A stretch of DNA of 47,044 bases from Choristocarpus tenellus KU-1152. Lineage: Eukaryota; Protista; Phaeophyceae. This document shows positions 1 to 12,300 of the stretch, one piece after another. Under the pieces are notes generated by a model, which saw only the letters and a list, made by a program, of their open reading frames with translations, had not been told where the DNA came from and searched no databases. The stretch spans positions 1-47,044 of the forward strand of contig CAXNAD020000018.1 of assembly GCA_964200185.2 (NCBI GenBank). The letters are read 5' to 3'. The translations under genes were made by a program, and so were the position numbers. Each line of letters starts with the position of its first letter. Position 1 is the stretch's first letter.

Positions 1-201
1 AAAAGTCAGTACAAGCTGGTAGTATTGTGTATCATATCAACAAGAAACAAATGAGTAGCCTATGTTTTAACATTATGAACCTACTTCTGTGTAGGTTCAC
101 ACTTCTAGTCTTGTTTTTCGTTTGAATGTACGAAGTGGAGCGACCCCTTGTGGACAACTGCCTATTGTCTAAGTGTGGGGATGTAGACATGAAGAATGCA
201 T

Positions 202-3200
202 TCAGTAGTGGGCATTGTCGTGCCTTCTTTGAGGGCCTCCTATTGAGGATATTTGACTTGGTTGGACTTGGGAACCTTGGCGATCGGTGTCCATTGGCAG
301 TCTTGCATTGTTTGCCCTTCTGTTATCATTCATTATTCCTGTGATGAGTCATCTCTAGCTGCCAAATAGTGGGAGTTACAGCAATTCGCTCTGACAACAG
401 CTACTTCTACAACCTTCTTCCTACCGGTCGAGATGGTGAATGTGAGAATTTCCTTCAAGGCATACATGGGCATATATATAGGAGTAAGGATTTACACTCC
501 TTGGAGCTGCAGGATACACACTCTATTATAGGCAACCAGAGGGACGGAGGTTGGAGTGAGACCTGCACTACATTTGTGTTGATTTTTTATCCTGACGAAC
601 ATTCTGCAAAGGTTCCTGTTCTAGGTTTTCCTTGCAATATCCTCTTATTTGCTTGATCCCTATACCTCATTTCGCAATTATTTCTCTGCACTTTATTCTC
701 ATACCCTCCACAGAAATACACCCCCCCAGAAGAACATGTTTGGACAATATTGTTGAACTATAATCAATGATCCTTTTGAGTACTCCTGAGCCTCACTTGC
801 AATAATTGTAATGGGTTACTGCTGACCTATTATGACCACGGTAACGCACCGAAGGGTGTGATTCTGTGTGTGGGTAACAAGGGGGACTTTATTGGGCAGG
901 AAGAGGAAAGGAAGCCTCCGCCAGCTAGTGGCCAATGTGCTCCAGCAGCTACACCCCAGGAAGAAAGGAACACCAGGTGTGTGCGCGTGAGCAAACCTGT
1001 GGGGGCTCTGCTGAGAGGAAAAGAGGATGAGGAGAATATCCATCACTATGCAGTCAAAGTGATCCAGGAGCACCAGGAGGAGAAGTACAGGCGGGGGTTG
1101 TGTGTTCTGTATGAGAGTGTGTGCCTTGGTGTACTGTTAAAGGTTGTGCTGGGTAGAAAATAGGAGGATGAGACCGTTTGCAACCTAGCAGTCACGATAC
1201 TCGAGCAGAACCAAGAGGAAAGGCATCGGGGGGAGGGTACTTGTGGTCTGTGGCTGCGGCAATAGAGGAAGAGAAGCTTCGGTAGTTGACAGATATGGTA
1301 TTCCAATAGTACCAGGAGGAACGTCACTGCGAGAAGTTGTGCCTACCTGCGCAAACGTTTAATCAAGCTTTAAAAAGAAGATGTGTAGATGTGGGGTCTG
1401 TGCTTAAGGTTGGCTTTGAGAGCAGCAATAGGACAGTTCCAGTTAATAATGAATGCATCACAGGCCAGGGCCCTGCCAGAGAGTATACAGACAAGAAAAT
1501 TCTAGGTCAACCATCACCTCCATCATGTACAACAAGAAAATGTTTGGCGACAAGTAGAAGGGAAGGGAAGGGAAGGGGGGTATGTTGTAGTAACAAATAT
1601 TAACCACTATTATGTTTCTTCTCTTTGGTCTGGGACTATCCCAACCTGTGGTCAAAGAGATCACACATTACACAACTTCTCATACTCGTTGCTGTACACA
1701 TTCCCTGCACTACGAATATAAATAGTTTTGCTGCCTCTATTCGTGCCTTGCTTTTGCAAGCTGGGTTCAATCATCCAAATTGCTCATCACTCCGGCAACA
1801 AAGTCTAATCTCATCGTTTGTATCTTTTGCCTCCTTATGGACTACCGACAAATACGGGACAGGTAAAGGTAAAAATCCTTGGTGCTTGCCACGTGAACTT
1901 TGGACAACTAAATACAGAAAAATGCCCATGAGAATAAGTCTGACATTAATCGGATTCTACTCTGAGAAGGTAACGAGTTAACCATGCAATTCGAACCTTG
2001 TAACCTATGAGTACTCTCAATGTCGTGAAGTGCCGATTACATGTTTCACAACTAGGTACCAGTGTAGGACACCTTTGCCAGGGACTTGTGCAAGCAATGC
2101 ACGACCCCCTTGATAAAACACGTGCCATTAGGGCAGATTTATTACCTTGGAAAGAATATATTCAGTTAACAGAAACACTCAGTCCTTGCAACCATCTCAT
2201 CACCAGAAATGTGGTGGATGAGGCATGCTCATCATCATCATCATCACCGCAATCAACACCTGCTGGTTGTAGTTCTCTCTCATGACTAGCTGCAACCATT
2301 CATTGTAATGAAATGAAATATTTTTCAGTATGAGGGTGAATTTATTCACGACTGAGATGAACTGTACTCTGTTTGATAACTGGTACATATCGGACTCTTC
2401 CTGACAGACTAAATAACTGGTCTGAGTTTTTGTGGACCAATTTCAGAATGAAGGCGTTGGAAAGTAAATACCCAGCTGCTCTGCTCAGCAACTACCCACA
2501 TAATTGACAGCAAATTCTTGTTGAAGCAAGGCTCTCTTTTCCTGCTCAAGGTTGATGTCTAGGTCAGGGTGTATATGAATTTTCTACAGTCTTCGCTGTG
2601 AATCACTTGGTGTTCTTTGGTACTTTCTACTTTGTAGTATCAAGTATAGATAACCATGCTTCATACTCTCCCTCCCATTCTTGTTGCTAGTGGATACAAA
2701 ATATGAAATATTCCCTGAATTGCTCTTGATTGAAACAGTTTTTCACCATTGTTCAATAATACTCCGTATCGGTTGTACTGATTGGTAATCTCCATTTCTT
2801 CTTCCAATCCAAGCCCAAAATTTGCCATATTTGATTACCTGTTTTTTCTAATTTCCTAGCATACTGGAGGTGTATTGCTTTGCTCCACTGCTCACACTTA
2901 CTGCTGACAGCATCCACTTTGCTACACCCTGCCAAAGTAGCTTGGAGCGGGGGTGGGCATTTTGCAACACAAGATATCAGTTTTGCTGGAAGTTGCTATC
3001 ATCCCCCAATATTAATATGAGTTGAACTTTCTATTGCTTCATTGTGGTATATGAGACAGAAAGACTGGTCCACTGTGCCTGTTGCACACGAGGGGCAGGA
3101 AAATATAATAATTTCAATGTAGAGTTTGGGATGACCGTGGCTAGGGTTCATTATTTGTGAGCTGTACTTCTTTTTTAGTAGTATGGCCAAGCAAGGGCGG

Positions 3201-6022
3201 ACTGCGAATTGATCACTCCATTGTGTAGTTGTAGCCCTTACTAGGGACTCAGGACATACGCTTCATCATGGGTGTGGTGCAATTCATAGAGGCCATGTCC
3301 CTTGCATGACCCAACGTCCAGAGAGGTGCTCAGAAGGCAGAAGTATATAGTTGAAGTGTGGACGCTTTTGCTTTTTCTCATGGTTTGAACCAGTGCCACT
3401 CATCATGTGGTGTCTGTATCTCCTAGAACTGATAACTCAAGTTGAAGAAACGTGAACAAGGACAGGTGATTGAAGAGTGCAATTCACCAGTGAGTGAAGA
3501 GTGCAATTCACCAGTGAGTGAATGTATCTTAGAGGGTAGAGCCGTGTCTGTTTGGGGTCCAAAATCCAATTTTGTGATTTTGATGTAATTTCGACTATTG
3601 TGTTTGTTACGAAGTGTCAATATCCTTTTTCCGGGCACATATTTCAAAACGTACACATTTTACCTACTCCAAAACAATTCAACGTAGGAAAAACGGTCAT
3701 ATACGTGCGAAGTCAAGCCCCAAATGGACAAAAAGGGCAAAACTTATACCCTCTAAGATACATTCAATCCAGTGCCTCCTATTGCACAAGTGAACATTCA
3801 TTTGAATCCATTACTTTGCCTCATACTCCGAAGAGTAGTGTTGCACTATGTCTGGCTTTCCACTGATCTTTACTAGCCAACCAGCAGCCTTACAGCAAGC
3901 CTAGCTGTGCTTCCTCCATTTTGCATTCCAGTTGTATCAATGTTGCTTATATTCATCTCTCTATCAATAACATAGTAGAGTGCCTCTAATCTGTTGATGA
4001 TTGCAGTCCAACTAATCAATGGTACCACAAACATACATTTCAAAATACCACATATATTACTTTTATTAGCTCACATTATGTTGGATTAGCATGACTTGTG
4101 GTTTGAACTAACTTCACTACTACTGCCTGCCCTATTATCCGTGGATACCTATGTTCTTATGTGTGTGTTGTATTCATCCTTCCAGTTGTTTGTTGAGCAC
4201 CTGCTCCTACTCAGTCGAATTTTGAGGTTTCCTCGCCAGGTACTGTCACTTCATGATGAAGCTCTAAAGCTGCAAGACTACGAAGCTATGTCTACTAGAT
4301 ACTTTTCAATATGCAGTTGGTGGAGTTGGCCACACCTGGACCATTGAAACAGGAATTCCATGCTGAATGGAAAACCTCGTCTTAGTTAGGAAATTTAACT
4401 TGGTTAAGACTTTGAAGAAGGACTAGATTTCAACCACTAGTGAAAGAAACATGTACAGTAATGGATTCTAATCTCTCCCTCACTCCATAAAATTTGCCTT
4501 CATGATAATGGAGTGTTAGCTCACCTAATCGTTTTAGTCTGATTCAATTACACTGCCTGAGATTCAAGGTGATATTATGGTACCTACCAATTCCTGTCTT
4601 GCTATATTTTAAGAGTTCTACTAAAAAAATAGATATTTGGCACCCTTATTTCCAGTTCTTGCCAATATTTTTTGTTCTAGAGAGAAACCTCCTCCGACGA
4701 AACATTTTAGTACAGCAATAGATGGTGCTCTCTGTGATTGTCACCTTGTACAAGAGAAGTGTACATCCACACTCCTACTACCCACTCAACCTACTGACAG
4801 TGCTATCTGAATTGTGCTGATTTTTCTTGAGTTGCAGTCGAAGCAAAGCCATTGCAATAGACGATCCCCACTGGCACAAACTAATTTTTAGACTAGTTCA
4901 GTACAGACTTTCTTGAGGTCTCCAAAGTAGAGGAGATGTGATGTTCTTCATTGTGCCATCCCAAGGCTCAACTTTCCGTCTTCTTTTTCCCATGGGCATT
5001 TTGTTACTAATCTGAACCAGTGACTTGGGGTTTTTTGCATCCACCTTGTCGCAGGGATGGATGAAGAGATTCGGAGCCTCCCTGCAAGAAAAGTAACGAG
5101 TTTAACGCATAATAATATGTTGATTAGCTCCAGTGGTAAACGAGTGGCATAATGGAATTTACATCTGTGGACTGTCATTGCCTCACCCACCGTGAAGGCA
5201 AGTACATGTCCGGCAGTACCCCGTACTGGTACAAGCAGGTGTCGAGGTAGGGTTGATGCTCTAGCTGCATGTCCTTGGCGGCCAACATTTTCTGTGTACG
5301 GGTTGTGGGATTCATTTTACCAGGTATCACTCCGCACAAGAATAATCTTCTTATTGGGGATACATGTGGGGTTGTGATCTCTCGAGATTTCAACCTTCTT
5401 GATTCCTCTAGATAGGCTGTGGACTCGAAAGACAGTTCTTGTGTTTTGTACCCTTGTGTCAAATCAAGGTCGTTGGTAGACCAACCTCCTGAAAGAGGTC
5501 CCTTATGTAGGTCTTGGGTACCCAGTAGCCAGCTTTAGGATCTACAGAGTTCGCGTGGAAGCTGGCGAGGAAGTGAGAAGGGGTCGTTTAACAGGTTGTG
5601 AGATCACCTATATCAAAGTTCTATATTAGCGTTTCACTTGAACAATATATATGATGTTCGTTCTACTCTTGGTTGAAGTAAACAAGTCGAACATGGCTTC
5701 TGCCTCGAAGTCTGCATACATTCAGAGTCAACTCTTGGTCACTATTTCAAAGCGAATACCTATTGGGCAGGCTATCAGTACCCAAGGGAACGACGAGGGG
5801 GCGTTGCGAAAAGTGTCCACGAGGATGCCTCGATCTGCTGCGGGTTGGTGCCGTTCTCGGTGGCCTTAGAACAAGACCATCGGTCTCATACGGAAGAAAT
5901 GGAATCTGGCTCCCATTTCCATGCTCATCAACATCAGACGAGTCGCCACCTGGAGGTTGGTCACCTCGAGATGTCATTTGGTCTTTGGTGGATGACAACA
6001 AATGGGGAACACAATTTGACAT
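202..6022 (-). CDS. Putative multi-exon gene of unknown function, divergent from IFT88; internal exon structure only partly resolved
   Basis: Exon 6022 (or ATG 5977)..5760 (MTSRGDQPPGGDSSDVDEHG...SLPN, donor AG|GTATTC) splices in phase to 5532..~5187 (SWLLGTQDLHKGPL...DMYLPSRW, donor GTGAGG), then to 5011..~4909 (ISNKMPMGKRRRKVEPWDG...). Further AG/GT-bounded open segments lie near 3890-3960, 2840-2930, 2500-2600 and 2200-2290, with a plausible last exon 338..202 (GIMNDNRR...RRHDNAHY*). No domain recognised. Confidence 0.45.
3516..3770. mobile_element. MITE family A, copy 1
   Basis: TIR GAGTGAATGTATCTTAGAGGGTA ... TACCCTCTAAGATACATTCAATC(C); flanked by AGT/AGT; body similar to copies at 10783, 24300 and 42065. 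Confidence 0.85.
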
Positions 6023-6302
6023 TGCATCATGAATTGGTTCGGTAACGACATTTGAGATATTAAATTTATTTTATCGTACTCTGGACACCCTCAGTCGTGA
6101 TTTGGTGATCGTGATATCTCTACTACTCTGCACAGTTTTAAGGAGGGATAGGAAGGGGAGAGAAGTGAGAGAAGGAGTTTGCACAAACCAAAAATCCTCT
6201 AACATCTTATTCAGGATATTCATAGTAAATCTGGGACTCACTTCAATCTTGACCTCGGAGAGAAGATATCATCGCTGCCTTTGTGGTTTAGCAATTGAAA
6301 TC
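6023..6302. promoter_or_regulatory. Short head-to-head intergenic region, candidate bidirectional promoter
   Basis: About 280 bp between the candidate minus-strand ATG (6022) and the IFT88 ATG (6303), inside a CpG-richer block (~5200-6750). Confidence 0.45.
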
Positions 6303-9300
6303 ATGCTGTTCGGTGCGACGGGCAGGGAAACGGGCAAGACCACTGATCCCGATGATGATCTCTATGAAGATTTCAACTACAGGTAGGATACACCTTGTAG
6401 TCGTCAGAAAAGATTGCGATCTTCCCTCGAGGAACTTTTGCATCACGAAGATTCAGTTGTCCTTATCAAACGGAGTGTGTGCAGTTGTCAATGTCTCCTG
6501 AGGCCATCACAAGCCTGGCGTGCGTTGTTGTCAAGTTGGCCAATAGGATCAGTGTGTCTTGAGCTTTGTCAGACTGATCGAGAGGATCAAGTTTGAAACC
6601 TTCATCTCAAACATCGAGGGATATGCTCTACCATTTGCCAGCATTCCAAGTCAGGTGCCAGGAGCAGTCGGACAAGGGGGATCTTACTTGGGAGGAAGCT
6701 CCAGCAATACCCCTGGCACGGCTTTGATGAGAGGTGCAGTGCCAGGTACAGCCTTCCGATCCCCAGGAACAATGGTTGGGAGACAACTTCCCTCCCAAAT
6801 GGGGCGGATGATGACTGGGGTGAGATGCAATTTGAAGCTACCCATCCACCAAGTTTGTTGGGTGTCCCAAATATCATGTGTGTGTGTGCATGTATAATTG
6901 TAGGGGACAGCACTCAGAGTGTTTCCAAGGTTAGTTCAAACAGTTGCTCTAAGGGAAAATTGACTCAGGTGTGATGAAAAGCAAAAATGAACGCATCAAG
7001 GGTGACTGAAATGATTCCTACCACTTGCCACCCTGGATCACCCGAATGGAATAGGATCAGTAGGAGGGCTTTCCTTTCGCACGGATGACATAGGTAGGGG
7101 GATAGATAAGTGAACATTCTTATCCCGACTACACCATCTGTTTCCCTTCATATGGTCTCTCCACCAAAAACATCACATTGCCTAAGGCTGTTCCAGGGAC
7201 TGGTCTTCAGGGAGGAGACTCACGCCCCATGACTTCAGTGTCTGGAGCTGGATATCAATCAAAGAAGAAGGGTGCATTTGATCCATTGAATCAAGGTCGG
7301 GGTCCAGCTCCTGCACTAGCAGAGAAGTCAGAAAATGGTCCAGAAGATGTTGCAAAGGAGATGGAGAGGCAGGCTAGTGCTCCCTGATTTGCTACAGCCT
7401 CATAGATATGTCACAAAATGATAAGGGTTTCCACTAATGGTTGTGCTGCTATTATTGTTGCCTTCTTCATAGCTCTTGTCGGCAGCATCAGGTGTAAGTT
7501 AAAGTAATTTCTTGATGCAGAAACTGCAGATACACTGTTTTACAATGCCCAATAGTATTCTAGAGGGGCAGATTTTTGGAGAGATTGACCATTTGGGGCT
7601 TGATGGGGTATGATAAAAACGTGCCAGTTTGATGCCCGTTTAGTGACCAATTTCCTCTTCGTATTTGCTTGAGGAAGGGGGTTGAAAAAGAAGGCGTGTC
7701 CAGATGAAGGAAACTACCCTTGCTTCACGCATTCACTCATGTGACAAGGATATCACTACAGGGTCACAACTGCCCCTGAAGGAGCGCGGGCCCCTCTTTA
7801 GGATACTATACGCCAGTTATTGCAAAGATATTTTTTATAGCTGCTGATAGCTTTTGTCTGTCTAGTCCCTATCCAAACTCCTGTGCCTCACGCTGAGAAA
7901 ATACTAAGCCAAACTAAATAAGAGGTAACCAGTTTTTGGCTGTTTGGAATATAAGTCAGTTTTTCAATCTTTTGCGATCCACTCATGTTTCTATAGATGA
8001 AATACTAAGTTTGACTTGAGAATGTTGATTTCTTGGTTGCTTGGGACTTTTTGACTGGATTAATAAAATAACCGGTACACTTTAGTAGAAAAGTCGAATT
8101 TTGCACATTTTCCGGCATCCTTAAAATGTAACCTCTCCTTTACTTTGACTCACTTCCACTGTCCTCACCATGGTACATACAAGTTATTGCAAGACCTTGT
8201 TACTACGCTTAGTATATTTACTATGAATGTCACTCTTTATGTAGTCCGCTCTCAAATAATCTAGTGTTTCCTACAATAACATACTCTGGGTTACAAGTCT
8301 GTCAACAGCAACTGCAGATCCTCAGTCTTAGAATTAGCAATATTAGTAATACCTGGTCCCTTGATGCACCTTTATTCTAACATGAACAAGATTAAAGGAC
8401 AATTTTTTTATCTGCTTGTGCTGTTTTTGGATAGCAGTAATACTTTTCTATATTTTTGAGAAAGATAATTGGGCCTCCTTGGAAGCACAATTGGGACCAG
8501 GAGGTACCAAGTTCAGACTTTGTTCCCTCACAGCACTCACCAAGGTGTTTTTTCGTAGGAGTATTCAGGGCAGCTTGCTTGAAAGTCACATAAAATCATA
8601 AGTAAGAGGAAATATATGGGTAGAGTAAAGAGTTCTGCACTACTCTTGGAATCAAGTTGTGCCAGTGGTGTGCTGCTTGTCTGTAAGGATAAGAGGACTT
8701 TAGGAATAAGTGAATTAGACCTCATGCTGACCTGAAGTTACTATACAGTATTCTTTATTTTGTGGATGGCCTCTCAAAAGGAGGGTGCAAGATAGGAAGG
8801 ATGTAGCAATGGTACAAATGTGCCTTCATGAACAAGCTCAAGGTTTCATCAATGAAAGTGGTACTAGTACACATTTGACATGCCAGTGACCATACAATAC
8901 TTCAACTCTTACCCCCAAAATCTGCCTGTTTACTCTCTTTGATCTATAGGTTCACAGGTTGATAGAGGAAAGTGCTTCAGCAGGAGTGGAAGCTGATTTT
9001 GCCCTGGCATTAGACAAAGCTAAAGAAGCGGTGGGTTGTGTTAGCAATTGCCTCTCATTGATTCCCCTAATGCCTGAACTGTGGAGGGTGGACAGACTGA
9101 TACTCTCGAAAATACTCAATGCAAAAAGTGGTTGATATTGGACTCAATATTATCAACTTCATACTCTTATGTGTTATGAGGTTATCCTGAATAAAATAAT
9201 CAAATGAATTAGCAGGTTCAGTAGTGGACTGAATTTCATCAAATAGATAATTTTTTTCCCTGCTAACTGAGAAATACTACTTATTGTTAATACTCACTTA

Positions 9301-12300
9301 TTGTTAGTCCCCTGTTGTAGCAATGAAAGTCAGTCAGTCACAACTTAAGCACAGGAGGTGAAATTTTCTATGCATCAGTCACCATTTATCTGTTGCTTTG
9401 AAGTGTATGATTGTGCATCCTTTGTTTTGCTTGTTGGAACATCAGTTCAATTCACCAATTGTAAGGAGTACAGCAATAATCCAATAATCAAGTTTTGTGT
9501 CTCCAATTGCCAGATTAATCCCATGTGCAGAGTATAGAAAATGTACCCGTGTGCCATGTTCCACACCTGATGAGCACTTTCTGTTTGTGTGAGTGTCGTG
9601 GTAGCTGTGGTAGCTGTGGTAGCTGGTAGGTATTGTGTGGTTAACTCTGTTCATTGCTGTTGTTCTTGTCTGTGTCTTAACAAACCTGTTTTATTTCATT
9701 GCATTTATTGGTCAACTCTCGAGAGACTCAGTTAAATATTCAAGTTGCTAAGCCAATTGGTGGTTAATGCATATACTTAAGAAGTGACCAACAGAGTATT
9801 CAGTTTCATCCTAAATCATTGAAATATGTTTGCATTCTACCCTTTTGAAGTAACCATAGAATAATGTACGCAGAACAACTAGTCTATTAGCTTCGTCCAA
9901 ATGAAAGTCCCACTACTGTTTTGATGTAACTTCTCTGTTTCATGATGGTCCAATATAGATATTAGCGTAGATTACTAGTTGCCTATGCACACAACTCATT
10001 GCCCTTAAATAAGGGTCGGCCAGCATGGGTTTGCTTGAGTCTTTATGTGTGGGGTTGCACTGAGGAGGGAACAACTCCTTGTGATTTAGACAAAAATACT
10101 TGAAGTACAGCAACACTGCACATGTGTGAATCAGAATAGCACATGTACACAGTATTGTCAGATAGATATGGCACCCTAAGAGGCTACCCCCTACAGGAAG
10201 TTACAGCTTGCCTGCTGCCCTGAGCTCTAGGTGGGATCTACTCTCCAAATCAGTGGAAGTCGAGGTTTGCAAAATCAGATGAACAATGATGACATGGATT
10301 TGTGATAGATGAAACAATGGCGACATGAATCAAGAATCTATGCAGAACTAAACACTTTTATCTGATTAAAAACCACTACGCCGAATCTTCAACTTCCACC
10401 TTCCACCCCTCTAACCTGCGTTGTTGATTGGTTTGTCTTGATATATAATTTTATGATCCCTCTAGAGATGATGTACCTACTTCCACATGGGCAACTATCT
10501 CTAGTTTTTTTTTTCATTTCAAAAATACTTTGGAATCTAATGTGGCAAACAATCATATTGTTGTGCCCCACATTCAGTCTGCCAGCACAGCTATAGGAAT
10601 TGTGCTGCTAAGATTTTATATTAGTATTGTTGCTATTATTTCTAGTAATATTTATTACTTGATATAATTGACATAGTGTCAAGATATTGAGATGGCGCCA
10701 TACCTTTGTAGGACTGGCGCAGTAGTAGCACGACTCTACTCCAGTCCTACAATGGTATTTTAATATCCTGATGAAACCAGGGGAACCCAAAGCATTTGAG
10801 AGGGTGGGGTCACATCCGTTCGGGGTCATAAATCCAATGTTGCGATTTTGATAAATTTTGGCTATTTTGTTTATGAGCAAGTGTCAATATCCTTGCTCCA
10901 GACACGCATTTCATAGTCATTTATATGTACATCTAACCTACTCTGAATTGTTTCATAGTCATGTACATTGTACCTACTCTGAATTGTTTTGGAGTATGTG
11001 ACTGTATTCACAGAAAACAGAAAAAAGGCATAAAAAACCTGTGAGAAGCCAAGCCCTGAGTGGATAAACAGGGGTAAACTCCTACCCTCTGAAAAGCTTT
11101 GAATCAGGTCGGGGAGCTACCCAATATAATCCATGGGCCATTACACCCAAAATTGTGCTCACACCCCTAGCAGTCATCTCAATCTTTGGGTTTCCCATTG
11201 AGCCCTTCACCCGGTACCCCTTACACACTCTATCTTGATGGTCTGTTGTTTATACGGTGGGACAGTCAAGAAAGCTGTCCCACCGTTGTTTATATCCTGG
11301 CCTCTGGTTTTGCCAAGATATAGAAAATTGATATCTGGGCAAGTTTTCCTCGTTGAATACATTGTATCACTGTTGCTATCAATATCTTGTTATTCACCCA
11401 ACATCCCTTAGAACTTGTGGAGAATATCTTACCATTTTTTTGCAAGTAGATTTTTGTACTATATCTGGGTGATATATTAATATATTAGTGATATATTAGT
11501 GATATATTAGTATATTAGTGATATATTAGTATATTAGGGACAATTTGAAGTTACGCTAATGTAGCTAATATTCGGTTTTCACCCAAAGGGATTGGCATTT
11601 GACAACCATTGCTACACAGATGTTGCTGTACACTTCAAGGATGTTTAAGGCATTTGGCTTGAGAGGAAGACACCATTTCAAATCGGCAGTGATACCCCTT
11701 GAGTGTGATGGGAGGATCGGTTCTTGATATATCTCTATACCTCTTCAAGCTTCTACAGGTTGATTGTCTTGCAGCAACTATTTCATTTCCTCTTCAAGTC
11801 CACATCTATATCTATGACTGTATTGTTTGACACTATCCACCATCTGGAATGTATCGATTGGTCTTACAAGAGTTTTGTAATTGCACCCTCTGGTTTCTGC
11901 CTAACCTGCTGCTAAGGAGCTCAAAGCCCCTCTGAGTGAGAGCATCATTTTTACTGTCATAAAGCAGCTCACCCATGGCAGCCAGAATCATCAGAGTCTT
12001 CTCTTGACCATCTGTGGGATAGTTTCCTTGGCAGGGACTATGTCTAAGGGATGGGAAAGTATTTCACCTGTGTTCAAATGAAGGTGTCTTTACTAAATGC
12101 TCTGCTTTGACTGCTGAAAGACCATAGAGTTTTTCAAGTATTCAAACCATATACATTGTGTGATTAGCATGACCAGACCAATCTGATACAACAAATCATT
12201 GAAAAGACCAATCAATGCTGGTGTCACATAAAGTAAAAACTTCCTATATCCATATGCCCAGAAATGGTATACTGCAACTCATTTCTGGAGAACTTCTCCA

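Noticed and set aside
858-1163. + strand ORF with LCVGNKGD, resembling the GTPase G4 (NKxD) motif
   Set aside because: No G1/G3 motifs or supporting exons; it lies antisense within the putative minus-strand gene and is probably chance.
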